From IMG/VR virus record IMGVR_UViG_2711768005_000002: DNA of 25,451 nucleotides. One strand, written 5' to 3'. Shown piece by piece: positions 11,707 through 20,947 of the stretch. The notes beneath the pieces are model-generated. The model saw nothing but the letters and a program-made list of their open reading frames with translations. It searched no databases and was not told the origin of the DNA. Both the position numbers and the translations under genes were made by a program. The DNA comes from a virus (lineage: Duplodnaviria > Heunggongvirae > Uroviricota > Caudoviricetes). Position 1 is the stretch's first letter. Every line of letters starts with the position of its first letter.

Positions 11707-14260
11707 ACCGGTAGGCGATCTGGTCGTTGATTTGAGTCTGGATGCGGCCAGATTTGACGAGCAGATGGCCAGAGTCAGGCGTCATTTTTCCGGTACGGAA
11801 AGTGATGCGAAAAAAACAGCGGCAGTCGTTGAACAGTCGCTGAGCCGACAGGCGCTGGCTGCACAGAAAGCGGGGATTTCCGTCGGGCAGTATAAAGCCG
11901 CCATGCGTATGCTGCCTGCACAGTTCACCGACGTGGCCACGCAGCTTGCAGGGGGGCAGAATCCCTGGCTGATCCTGCTGCAACAGGGTGGTCAGGTTAA
12001 GGACTCCTTCGGCGGGATGATCCCCATGTTCAGGGGGCTTGCCGGCGCGATCACCCTGCCGATGGTGGGGGCCACCTCGCTGGCGGTGGCGACCGGTGCG
12101 CTGGCGTATGCCTGGTATCAGGGCAACTCAACCCTGTCCGATTTCAACAAAACGCTGGTCCTTTCCGGTAATCAGGCGGGACTGACGGCAGATCGTATGC
12201 TGGTCCTGTCCAGAGCCGGGCAGGCGGCAGGGCTGACGTTTAACCAGACCAGCGAGTCACTCAGCGCACTGGTTAAGGCGGGGGTAAGCGGTGAGGCTCA
12301 GATTGCGTCCATCAGCCAGAGTGTGGCGCGTTTCTCCTATGCATCCGGCGTGGAGGTGGACAAGGTCGCTGAAGCCTTCGGGAAGCTGACCACAGACCCG
12401 ACGTCGGGGCTGACGGCGATGGCACGCCAGTTCCATAACGTGACGGCGGAGCAGATTGCGTATGTTGCTCAGTTGCAGCGTTCCGGCGATGAAGCCGGGG
12501 CATTGCAGGCGGCGAACGAGGCCGCAACGAAAGGGTTTGATGACCAGACCCGCCGCCTGAAAGAGAACATGGGCACGCTGGAGACCTGGGCAGACAGGAC
12601 TGCACGTGCATTCAAATCCATGTGGGATGCGGTGCTGGATATTGGTCGTCCTGATACCGCGCAGGAGATGCTGATTAAGGCAGAGGCTGCGTTTAAGAAA
12701 GCAGACGACATCTGGAATCTGCGCAAGGATGATTATTTCGTTAACGATGAAGCACGGGCGCGTTACTGGGATGATCGTGAAAAAAAACGCCTGGAGCGGG
12801 ATGCAGCCCAAAAGAGGGTAGATCAACAGCGTCAACAGGACAAAAATGCGCAGCAGCAGAGCGATACCGAAGCGTCACGGCTGAAATATACCGAAGAGGC
12901 GCAGAAGGCTTACGAACGGCTGCAGACGCCGCTGGAGAAATATACCGCCCGTCAGGAAGAACTGAACAAGGCACTGAAAGACGGAAAAATCCTGCAGGCA
13001 GATTACAACACGCTGATGGCGGCGGCGAAAAAGGATTATGAAGCGACGCTGAAAAAGCCGAAACAGTCCGGCGTGAAGGTGTATGCGGGCGATCGTCAGG
13101 AAGACAGTGCTCATGCGGCCCTGCTGACGCTTCAGGCAGAACTCCGGACGCTGGAGAAGCATGCCGGAGCGAATGAGAAAATCAGCCAGCAGCGCCGGGA
13201 TTTGTGGAAGGCAGAAAGTCAGTTCGCGGTACTGGAGGAGGCGGCACAACGTCGCCAGCTGTCCGCACAGGAGAAATCCCTGCTGGCGCATAAAGACGAG
13301 ACGCTGGAGTACAAACGCCAGCTGGCTGCACTTGGTGACAAGGTTACGTATCAGGAGCACCTGAATGCGCTGGCGCAGCAGGCGGATAAATTCGCACAGC
13401 AGCAACGGGCAAAACGGGCAGCCATTGATGCGAAAAACCGGGGGCTGACTGACCGGCAGGCAGCGCGGGAAGCCACGGAACAGCGCCTGAAGGAACAGTA
13501 TGGCGATAATCCTCTGGCGCTGAATAACGTCATGTCAGAGCAGAAAAAGACCTGGGCGGCTGAAGACCAGCTTCGCGGGAGCTGGATGGCAGGCCTGAAG
13601 TCCGGCTGGAGTGAGTGGGAAGAGAGCGCCACGGACAGTATGTCACAGGTTAAAAGTGCAGCCACGCAGACCTTTGATGGTATTGCACAGAATATGGCGG
13701 CGATGCTGACCGGCAGTGAACAGAACTGGCGCAGCTTCACCCGCTCCGTGCTGTCCATGATGACAGAAATTCTGCTTAAGCAGGCAATGGTGGGGATTGT
13801 CGGGAGTATCGGCAGCGCCATTGGCGGGGCTGTTGGTGGCGGCGCATCCGCGTCAGGTGGTACAGCCATTCAGGCCGCTGCGGTGAAATTCCATTTTGCA
13901 ACCGGGGGATTTACGGGAACCGGCGGCAAATATGAGCCAGCGGGGATTGTTCACCGTGGTGAATTTGTCTTCACGAAGGAGGCAACCAGCCGGATTGGCG
14001 TGGGGAATCTCTACCGGCTGATGCGCGGCTATGCGGAAGGTGGTTATGTGGGCGGTGCCGGAAGTCCGGCGCAGATGCGGCGGGCTGAAGGCATTAATTT
14101 TAATCAGAACAATCACGTGGTGATTCAGAACGACGGTACGAATGGTCTGCCAGGTCCACAGATGATGAAGGCCGTGTATGACATGGCCCGCAAGGGTGCC
14201 CGTGATGAAATTCAGACACAGATGCGTGATGGTGGCCTGTTCTCCGGAGGTGGACGATGA
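11699..14260 (+). CDS. H: tail tape measure protein
   Basis: 853 aa (the lambda gpH length), MAEPVGDLVVDLSLDAARFDEQMARVRRHFSGTESDAKKTAAVVEQSLSRQALAAQKAGIS...; GGAGG SD at 11687-11691; coiled-coil-rich middle. Confidence 0.95.
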   Translation: MAEPVGDLVVDLSLDAARFDEQMARVRRHFSGTESDAKKTAAVVEQSLSRQALAAQKAGISVGQYKAAMRMLPAQFTDVATQLAGGQNPWLILLQQGGQVKDSFGGMIPMFRGLAGAITLPMVGATSLAVATGALAYAWYQGNSTLSDFNKTLVLSGNQAGLTADRMLVLSRAGQAAGLTFNQTSESLSALVKAGVSGEAQIASISQSVARFSYASGVEVDKVAEAFGKLTTDPTSGLTAMARQFHNVTAEQIAYVAQLQRSGDEAGALQAANEAATKGFDDQTRRLKENMGTLETWADRTARAFKSMWDAVLDIGRPDTAQEMLIKAEAAFKKADDIWNLRKDDYFVNDEARARYWDDREKKRLERDAAQKRVDQQRQQDKNAQQQSDTEASRLKYTEEAQKAYERLQTPLEKYTARQEELNKALKDGKILQADYNTLMAAAKKDYEATLKKPKQSGVKVYAGDRQEDSAHAALLTLQAELRTLEKHAGANEKISQQRRDLWKAESQFAVLEEAAQRRQLSAQEKSLLAHKDETLEYKRQLAALGDKVTYQEHLNALAQQADKFAQQQRAKRAAIDAKNRGLTDRQAAREATEQRLKEQYGDNPLALNNVMSEQKKTWAAEDQLRGSWMAGLKSGWSEWEESATDSMSQVKSAATQTFDGIAQNMAAMLTGSEQNWRSFTRSVLSMMTEILLKQAMVGIVGSIGSAIGGAVGGGASASGGTAIQAAAVKFHFATGGFTGTGGKYEPAGIVHRGEFVFTKEATSRIGVGNLYRLMRGYAEGGYVGGAGSPAQMRRAEGINFNQNNHVVIQNDGTNGLPGPQMMKAVYDMARKGARDEIQTQMRDGGLFSGGGR

Positions 14261-14586
14261 AAACCTTCCGCTGGAAAGTGAAACCCGGTATGGATGTGGC
14301 TTCGGCCCCTTCTGTAAGAAAGGTGCGCTTTGGTGATGGCTATTCCCAGCGAGCGCCTGCCGGGCTGAATGCCAACCTGAAAACGTACAGCGTGACGCTT
14401 TCTGTCCCCCGTGAGGAGGCCATGGTACTGGAGTCGTTTCTGGAAGAGCACGGGGGCTGGAAAGCCTTTCTGTGGACGCCGCCTTATGAGTGGCGGCAGA
14501 TAAAGGTGACCTGCGCAAAATGGTCGTCGCGGGTCAGTATGCTGCGTGTTGAGTTCAGCGCAGAGTTTGAACAGGTGGTGAACTGA
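14257..14586 (+). CDS. M: tail tip assembly protein M
   Basis: 109 aa, MKTFRWKVKPGMDVASAPSVRKVRFGDGYSQRAPAGLNANLKTYSVTLSVPREEAMVLESFLEEHGGWKAF... = lambda gpM. Confidence 0.9.
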   Translation: MKTFRWKVKPGMDVASAPSVRKVRFGDGYSQRAPAGLNANLKTYSVTLSVPREEAMVLESFLEEHGGWKAFLWTPPYEWRQIKVTCAKWSSRVSMLRVEFSAEFEQVVN

Positions 14587-15300
14587 TGCAGGATATCCGG
14601 CAGGAAACACTGAATGAATGCACCCGTGCGGAGCAGTCGGCCAGCGTGGTGCTCTGGGAAATCGATCTGACAGAGGTCGGTGGAGAACGTTATTTTTTCT
14701 GTAATGAGCAGAACGAAAAAGGTGAGCCGGTCACCTGGCAGGGGCGACAGTATCAGCCGTATCCCATTCAGGGGAGTGGTTTTGAACTGAATGGCAAAGG
14801 CACCAGTACGCGCCCCACGCTGNNNNNNNNNNNNNNNNNNNNNNNNNNNNNNNNNNNNNNNNNNNNNNNNNNNNNNNNNNNNNNNNNNNNNNNNNNNNNN
14901 NNNNNNNNNNNNNNNNNNNNNNNNNNNNNNNNNNNNNNNNNNNNNNNNNNNNNNNNNNNNNNNNNNNNNNNNNNNNNNNNNNNNNNNNNNNNNNNNNNNN
15001 NNNNNNNNNNNNNNNNNNNNNNNNNNNNNNNNNNNNNNNNNNNNNNNNNNNNNNNNNNNNNNNNNNNNNNNNNNNNNNNNNNNNNNNNNNNNNNNNNNNN
15101 NNNNNNNNNNNNNNNNNNNNNNNNNNNNNNNTCGCGGCGATGAGTGCGGTTATCACGGTCCGGCGGTCGCGGATGAATATGACCAGCCAACGTCCGACAT
15201 CACGAAGGATAAATGCAGCAAATGCCTGAGTGGCTGTAAGTTTCGCAATAACGTCGGCAACTTTGGCGGCTTCCTTTCCATTAACAAACTTTCGCAGTAA
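14586..15300 (+). CDS. L: tail tip assembly protein L (interrupted by N-run 14823-15131; frame not continuous across the gap)
   Basis: N-terminus MQDIRQETLNECTRAEQSASVVLWEIDLTEVGGERYFFCNEQNEKGEPVTWQGRQYQPYPIQGSGFELNGKGTSTRPTL and C-terminus RGDECGYHGPAVADEYDQPTSDITKDKCSKCLSGCKFRNNVGNFGGFLSINKLSQ both match lambda gpL, but the two parts are in different frames relative to the N-run. Confidence 0.8.
14823..15131. other. N-run (309 nt), unresolved or masked sequence inside L
   Basis: Run of n characters. Confidence 1.
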
Positions 15301-15305
15301 ATCCC

Positions 15306-16100
15306 ATGACAGAGACAGAATCAGCGATTCTGGCGCACGCCCGGCGATGTGCTCCAGCGGAGTCGTGCGGCTTCGTGGTAAGAACGCCGGAGGGGGAAAG
15401 ATATTTCCCCTGCGTGAATATCTCCGGTGAGCCGGAGGCGTATTTCCGTATGNNNNNNNNNNNNNNNNNNNNNNNNNNNNNNNNNNNNNNNNNNNNNNNN
15501 NNNNNNNNNNNNNNNNNNNNNNNNNNNNNNNNNNNNNNNNNNNNNNNNNNNNNNNNNNNNNNNNNNNNNNNNNNNNNNNNNNNNNNNNNNNNNNNNNNNN
15601 NNNNNNNNNNNNNNNNNNNNNNNNNNNNNNNNNNNNNNNNNNNNNNNNNNNNNNNNNNNNNNNNNNNNNNNNNNNNNNNNNNNNNNNNNNNNNNNNNNNN
15701 NNNNNNNNNNNNNNNNNNNNNNNNNNNNNNNNNNNNNNNNNNNNNNNNNNNNNNNNNNNNNNNNNNNNNNNNNNNNNNNNNNNNNNNNNNNNNNNNNNNN
15801 NNNNNNNNNNNNNNNNNNNNNNNNNNNNNNNNNNNNNNNNNNNNNNNNNNNNNNNNNNNNNNNNNNNNNNNNNNNNNNNNNNNNNNNNNNNNNNNNNNTT
15901 CATCGGTGCCGAATCATGCCGCCATTTACTGTGGTGACGGCGAGCTGCTGCACCATATTCCTGAACAACTGAGCAAACGAGAGAGGTATACCGACAAATG
16001 GCAGCGACGCACACACTCCCTCTGGCGTCACCGGGCATGGCACGCATCTGCCTTTACGGGGATTTGCAACGATTTGGCCGCCGCATCGACCTTCGTGTGA
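15306..16100 (+). CDS. K: tail tip assembly protein K (interrupted by N-run 15453-15898)
   Basis: N-terminus MTETESAILAHARRCAPAESCGFVVRTPEGERYFPCVNISGEPEAYFRM and C-terminus ...SSVPNHAAIYCGDGELLHHIPEQLSKRERYTDKWQRRTHSLWRHRAWHASAFTGICNDLAAASTFV match lambda gpK; true length unknown because of the gap. Confidence 0.8.
   Translation: MTETESAILAHARRCAPAESCGFVVRTPEGERYFPCVNISGEPEAYFRMXXXXXXXXXXXXXXXXXXXXXXXXXXXXXXXXXXXXXXXXXXXXXXXXXXXXXXXXXXXXXXXXXXXXXXXXXXXXXXXXXXXXXXXXXXXXXXXXXXXXXXXXXXXXXXXXXXXXXXXXXXXXXXXXXXXXXXXXXXXXXXXXXXXXXSSVPNHAAIYCGDGELLHHIPEQLSKRERYTDKWQRRTHSLWRHRAWHASAFTGICNDLAAASTFV
15453..15898. other. N-run (446 nt), unresolved or masked sequence inside K
   Basis: Run of n characters. 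Confidence 1.
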
Positions 16101-16669
16101 AAACGGGTGCCGAAGCCATCCGGGCGATGGCCACACAGCTCCCTGCGTTTCGTCAGAAGCTGAGCGACGGCTGGTATCAGGTGCGTATTGCCGGGCAGGA
16201 TGTTAGCACGTCCGGATTAACGGCACAGTTACATGAGGCTCTGCCTGACGGCGCTGTGATTCATATTGTTCCCAGAGTCGCCGGGGCCAAGTCAGGTGGT
16301 GTATTCCAGATTGTCCTGGGAGCAGCCGCCATTGCCGGATCATTCTTTACCGCCGGAGCCACCCTTGCAGCATGGGGGGCTGCCATTGGTGCCGGTGGTA
16401 TGACCGGCATTCTGTTTTCTCTCGGTGCCAGTATGGTGCTCGGCGGTGTGGCTCAGATGCTGGCACCGAAAGCCAGAACTCCCCGCACACAGACAACGGA
16501 TAACGGTAAGCAGAACACCTATTTCTCCTCACTGGATAACATGGTTGCCCAGGGCAATGTTATGCCTGTTCTGTATGGTGAAATGCGCGTGGGGTCACGT
16601 GTGGTATCTCAGGAGATCAGCACGGCAGACGAAGGGGACGGTGGTCAGGTTGTGGTGATTGGTCGCTGA
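15998..16669 (+). CDS. I: tail tip assembly protein I
   Basis: 223 aa, MAATHTLPLASPGMARICLYGDLQRFGRRIDLRVKTGAEAIRAMATQLPAFRQKLSDGWYQVRIAGQDV... = lambda gpI; overlaps the K 3' end as in lambda. Confidence 0.9.
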   Translation: MAATHTLPLASPGMARICLYGDLQRFGRRIDLRVKTGAEAIRAMATQLPAFRQKLSDGWYQVRIAGQDVSTSGLTAQLHEALPDGAVIHIVPRVAGAKSGGVFQIVLGAAAIAGSFFTAGATLAAWGAAIGAGGMTGILFSLGASMVLGGVAQMLAPKARTPRTQTTDNGKQNTYFSSLDNMVAQGNVMPVLYGEMRVGSRVVSQEISTADEGDGGQVVVIGR

Positions 16670-16729
16670 TGCAAAATGTTTTATGTGAAATCGCCTCCGG
16701 GCGGTTTTATCGTTTATGGAGCATGACGA

Positions 16730-19700
16730 ATGGGTAAAGGCAGCAGTAAGGGGCATACCCCGCGCGAAGCGAAGGACAACCTGAAGTCCACGCAGCTGCT
16801 GAGTGTGATCGATGCCATCAGCGAAGGGCCGGTTGAAGGTCCGGTGGATGGATTAAAAAGCGTGCTGCTGAACAGTACGCCGGTGCTGGACAGTGAGGGG
16901 AATACCAACATCTCCGGCGTCACGGTGGTGTTCCGGGCAGGTGAGCAGGAGCAGTCACCGCCGGAGGGGTTTGAATCCTCCGGCTCCGAGACGGTGCTGG
17001 GTACGGAAGTGAAATATGACACGCCGATCACCCGGACCATCACGTCGGCAAACATTGACCGACTGCGTTTTACCTTCGGTGTACAGGCACTGGTGGAAAC
17101 CACCTCAAAGGGAGACAGGAATCCGTCTGAAGTTCGCCTGCTGGTTCAGATACAGCGTAACGGTGGCTGGGTGACGGAAAAAGACATCACCATTAAGGGC
17201 AAAACCACCTCGCAGTATCTGGCCTCGGTGGTGGTGGATAACCTGCCGCCGCGCCCGTTTAATATCCGGATGCGCAGAATGACGCCGGACAGCACCACAG
17301 ACCAGCTGCAGAACAAAACGCTCTGGTCGTCATACACCGAAATCATCGATGTGAAACAGTGCTACCCGAACACGGCACTGGTCGGCGTACAGGTGGATTC
17401 GGAGCAGTTCGGCAGCCAGCAGGTGAGCCGTAATTATCATCTTCGCGGGCGCATTCTGCAGGTGCCGTCGAACTATAATCCGCAGACGCGGCAATACAGC
17501 GGTATCTGGGACGGAACGTTAAAACCGGCATACAGCAACAACATGGCCTGGTGTCTGTGGGATATGCTGACCCATCCGCGCTATGGCATGGGGAAACGTC
17601 TTGGTGCGGCAGATGTGGATAAATGGGCGCTGTATGTCATCGGCCAGTACTGTGACCAGTCGGTGCCGGACGGCTTTGGCAGCACGGAGCCGCGCATCAC
17701 CTGTAATGCCTGGCTGACCACACAGCGCAAGGCGTGGGATGTGCTCAGTGATTTCTGCTCGGCGATGCGCTGTATGCCGGTATGGAACGGGCAGACGCTG
17801 ACGTTCGTGCAGGACCGACAGTCGGATAAGGTGTGGGCCTATAACNNNNNNNNNNNNNNNNNNNNNNNNNNNNNNNNNNNNNNNNNNNNNNNNNNNNNNN
17901 NNNNNNNNNNNNNNNNNNNNNNNNNNNNNNNNNNNNNNNNNNNNNNNNNNNNNNNNNNNNNNNNNNNNNNNNNNNNNNNNNNNNNNNNNNNNNNNNNNNN
18001 NNNNNNNNNNNNNNNNNNNNNNNNNNNNNNNNNNNNNNNNNNNNNNNNNNNNNNNNNNNNNNNNNNNNNNNNNNNNNNNNNNNNNNNNNNNNNNNNNNNN
18101 NNNNNNNNNNNNNNNNNNNNNNNNNNNNNNNNNNNNNTCAGCGTGGGTGCTGAAGGGCTTCGTCATGTACCGGGCGATGTCATTGAAATCTGCGATGATG
18201 ACTATGCCGGTATCCGCACCGGCGGGCGCGTGCTGGCGGTGAACAGCCAGACCCGGACGCTGACGCTCGACCGTGAAATCACGCTGCCATCCTCCGGCAC
18301 CACGCTGATAAGCCTGGTTGACGGGCAGGGGAATCCGGTCAGCGTGGAGGTCCAGTCCGTCACCGACGGCGTGAAGGTAAAAGTGAGCCGTGTTCCTGAC
18401 GGTGTTGCTGAATACAGCGTGTGGGGGCTGAAGCTGCCGACGCTGCACCAGCGATTGTTCCGCTGCGTGAGTATCCGTGAGAACGACGACGGCACGTATG
18501 CCATCACCGCCGTGCAGCATGTGCCGGAAAAAGAAGCCATCGTGGATAACGGGGCGCACTTTGACGGCGACCAGAGCGGCACGGTGAATGGTGTCACGCC
18601 GCCAGCGGTGCAGCACCTGACTGCCGAAGTCACCGCAGACAGCGGGGAATATCAGGTGCTGGCGCGCTGGGACACGCCGAAGGTGGTGAAGGGCGTGAGC
18701 TTCCTGCTCCGTCTGACCGTAACAGCGGATGACGGCAGTGAGCGGCTGGTCAGCACGGCCCGGACGACGGAAACCACTTACCGCTTCACACAACTGGCGC
18801 TGGGGAACTACAGGCTGACAGTCCGGGCAGTAAATGCGTGGGGGCAGCAGGGCGATCCGGCGTCGGTATCGTTCCGGATTGCCGCACCGGCAGCGCTGTC
18901 GCGGATTGAGCTGACGCCGGGCTATTTTCAGATAACCGCCACGCCGCATCTTGCGGTTTATGATCCGACGGTACAGTTTGAGTTCTGGTTCTCGGAAAAG
19001 CGGATTGCGGATATCAGGCAGGTTGAAACCACAGCACGCTATCTTGGCACGGCGCTGTACTGGATAGCCGCCAGTATCAATATCAAACCGGGCCATGATT
19101 ATTACTTTTATATCCGCAGTGTGAACACCGTTGGCAAATCGGCATTCGTGGAGGCTGTTGGTCAGCCGAGTGATGATGCATCCGGTTATCTGGATTTTTT
19201 CAAAGGCGAGATAGGGAAAACCCATCTGGCTCAGGAGCTGTGGACGCAGATTGATAACGGTCAGCTTGCGCCTGACCTGGCTGAAATCAGGACGTCCATT
19301 ACGGATGTCAGCAATGAAATCACGCAGACCGTCAATAAGAAACTGGAAGACCAGAGTGCGGCAATTCAGCAGATACAGAAGGTTCAGGTTGATACAAATA
19401 ATAACCTGAACAGCATGTGGGCTGTGAAGCTGCAGCAGATGCAGGACGGACGCCTTTATATCGCGGGTATTGGTGCCGGTATTGAGAACACCCCTGACGG
19501 CATGCAGAGTCAGGTGCTGCTGGCGGCGGACAGGATTGCGATGGTTAATCCTGCGAATGGCAACACAAAACCGATGTTTGTTGGTCAGGGCGATCAGATA
19601 TTCATGAACGACGTGTTCCTGAAACGCCTGACGGCCCCCACCATTACCAGCGGTGGAAATCCATCGGCATTTTCCCTGACTCCGGACGGAAAGCTGACCG

Positions 19701-20032
19701 CTAAAAATGCGGATATCAGTGGCAGTGTGAATGCGAACGCCGGGACGCTCAACAATGTCACGGTAAATGAAAACTGTACGATTAAGGGCATGCTGGAGGC
19801 GACTCAGGTCAGAGGTGACTTCGTTAAAGCTGTATCCAAATCATTTCCGAAACAGGCTGGTACGTGGGGTAACACGGAAACACCAAACGGGACGGTTACA
19901 GTCACCATAAGCGATGATCATAACTTTGACCGCCAGATTATTATTCCGCCCATTATTTTTAACGGTATAGCGTATGACGATCCGGGGAGCGGAAATAACC
20001 CAGGAGGCACGCGATACACGGGTTATGGTTTT
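16730..20032 (+). CDS. J: tail tip / central tail fibre protein J (host specificity), 3' end lost in N-run; internal N-run 17846-18137
   Basis: [54 protein letters not shown]... and the fibronectin-like middle match lambda gpJ; frame is preserved across the 17846-18137 gap; GGAG SD at 16718-16721. The last visible ~70 residues diverge from the lambda J C-terminus. Confidence 0.9.
17846..18137. other. N-run (292 nt), unresolved or masked sequence inside J
   Basis: Run of n characters. Confidence 1.
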
Positions 20033-20503
20033 NNNNNNNNNNNNNNNNNNNNNNNNNNNNNNNNNNNNNNNNNNNNNNNNNNNNNNNNNNNNNNNNNNNN
20101 NNNNNNNNNNNNNNNNNNNNNNNNNNNNNNNNNNNNNNNNNNNNNNNNNNNNNNNNNNNNNNNNNNNNNNNNNNNNNNNNNNNNNNNNNNNNNNNNNNNN
20201 NNNNNNNNNNNNNNNNNNNNNNNNNNNNNNNNNNNNNNNNNNNNNNNNNNNNNNNNNNNNNNNNNNNNNNNNNNNNNNNNNNNNNNNNNNNNNNNNNNNN
20301 NNNNNNNNNNNNNNNNNNNNNNNNNNNNNNNNNNNNNNNNNNNNNNNNNNNNNNNNNNNNNNNNNNNNNNNNNNNNNNNNNNNNNNNNNNNNNNNNNNNN
20401 NNNNNNNNNNNNNNNNNNNNNNNNNNNNNNNNNNNNNNNNNNNNNNNNNNNNNNNNNNNNNNNNNNNNNNNNNNNNNNNNNNNNNNNNNNNNNNNNNNNN
20501 NNN
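20033..20503. other. N-run (471 nt) covering the J 3' end, the J-lom intergenic region and the lom 5' end
   Basis: Run of n characters. Confidence 1.
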
Positions 20504-20883
20504 TGATCTGAACGGGATTAACGTGAAATACCGTTATGAGTTTACGGATACGCTGGGGCTGGTGACGTCATTCAGCTATGCAGGAGACAAGAATCGCCAG
20601 CTGACCCGTTACAGCGATACCCGCTGGCATGAAGATTCCGTTCGTAACCGCTGGTTCAGCGTAATGGCGGGGCCGTCTGTGCGCGTGAATGAATGGTTCA
20701 GCGCGTATGCGATGGCGGGTGTGGCTTACAGCCGTGTGTCGACTTTTTCCGGGGATTATATCCGCGTAACTGACAATAAGGGGAAAACGCACGATGTGCT
20801 GACCGGAAGTGATGACGGTCGCCACAGCAACACGTCTCTGGCGCACTGACGGTTTCATCGTGGGTGTCGGTTATAAATTCTGA
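20504..20883 (+). pseudogene. lom: lom-like outer-membrane beta-barrel gene (Ail/Lom/OmpX family), 5' end in N-run, frameshifted near the 3' end
   Basis: ...LNGINVKYRYEFTDTLGLVTSFSYAGDKNRQLTRYSDTRWHEDSVRNRWFSVMAGPSVRVNEWFSAYAMAGVAYSRV... resembles Lom. The frame stops at TGA 20847-20849 after SLAH, while the family C-terminal strand DGFIVGVGYKF-stop is encoded in the +1 frame at 20848-20883. Confidence 0.7.
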
Positions 20884-20909
20884 TTAGCCAGGTAACACAG
20901 TGTTATGAC

Positions 20910-20936
20910 AGCCCGCCGGTTCAGGCGGGCTTTTTT
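20910..20936 (+). terminator. Rho-independent terminator downstream of lom
   Basis: AGCCCGCC-GGTTCA-GGCGGGCT: 8-bp GC-rich stem, 6-nt loop, followed by TTTTTT. Confidence 0.85.
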
Positions 20937-20947
20937 GTGGGGTGAAT

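Noticed and set aside
17519-19225. 568-aa minus-strand ORF spanning an N-run
   Set aside because: Antisense to J and artificially lengthened by Ns, which cannot contain stop codons.
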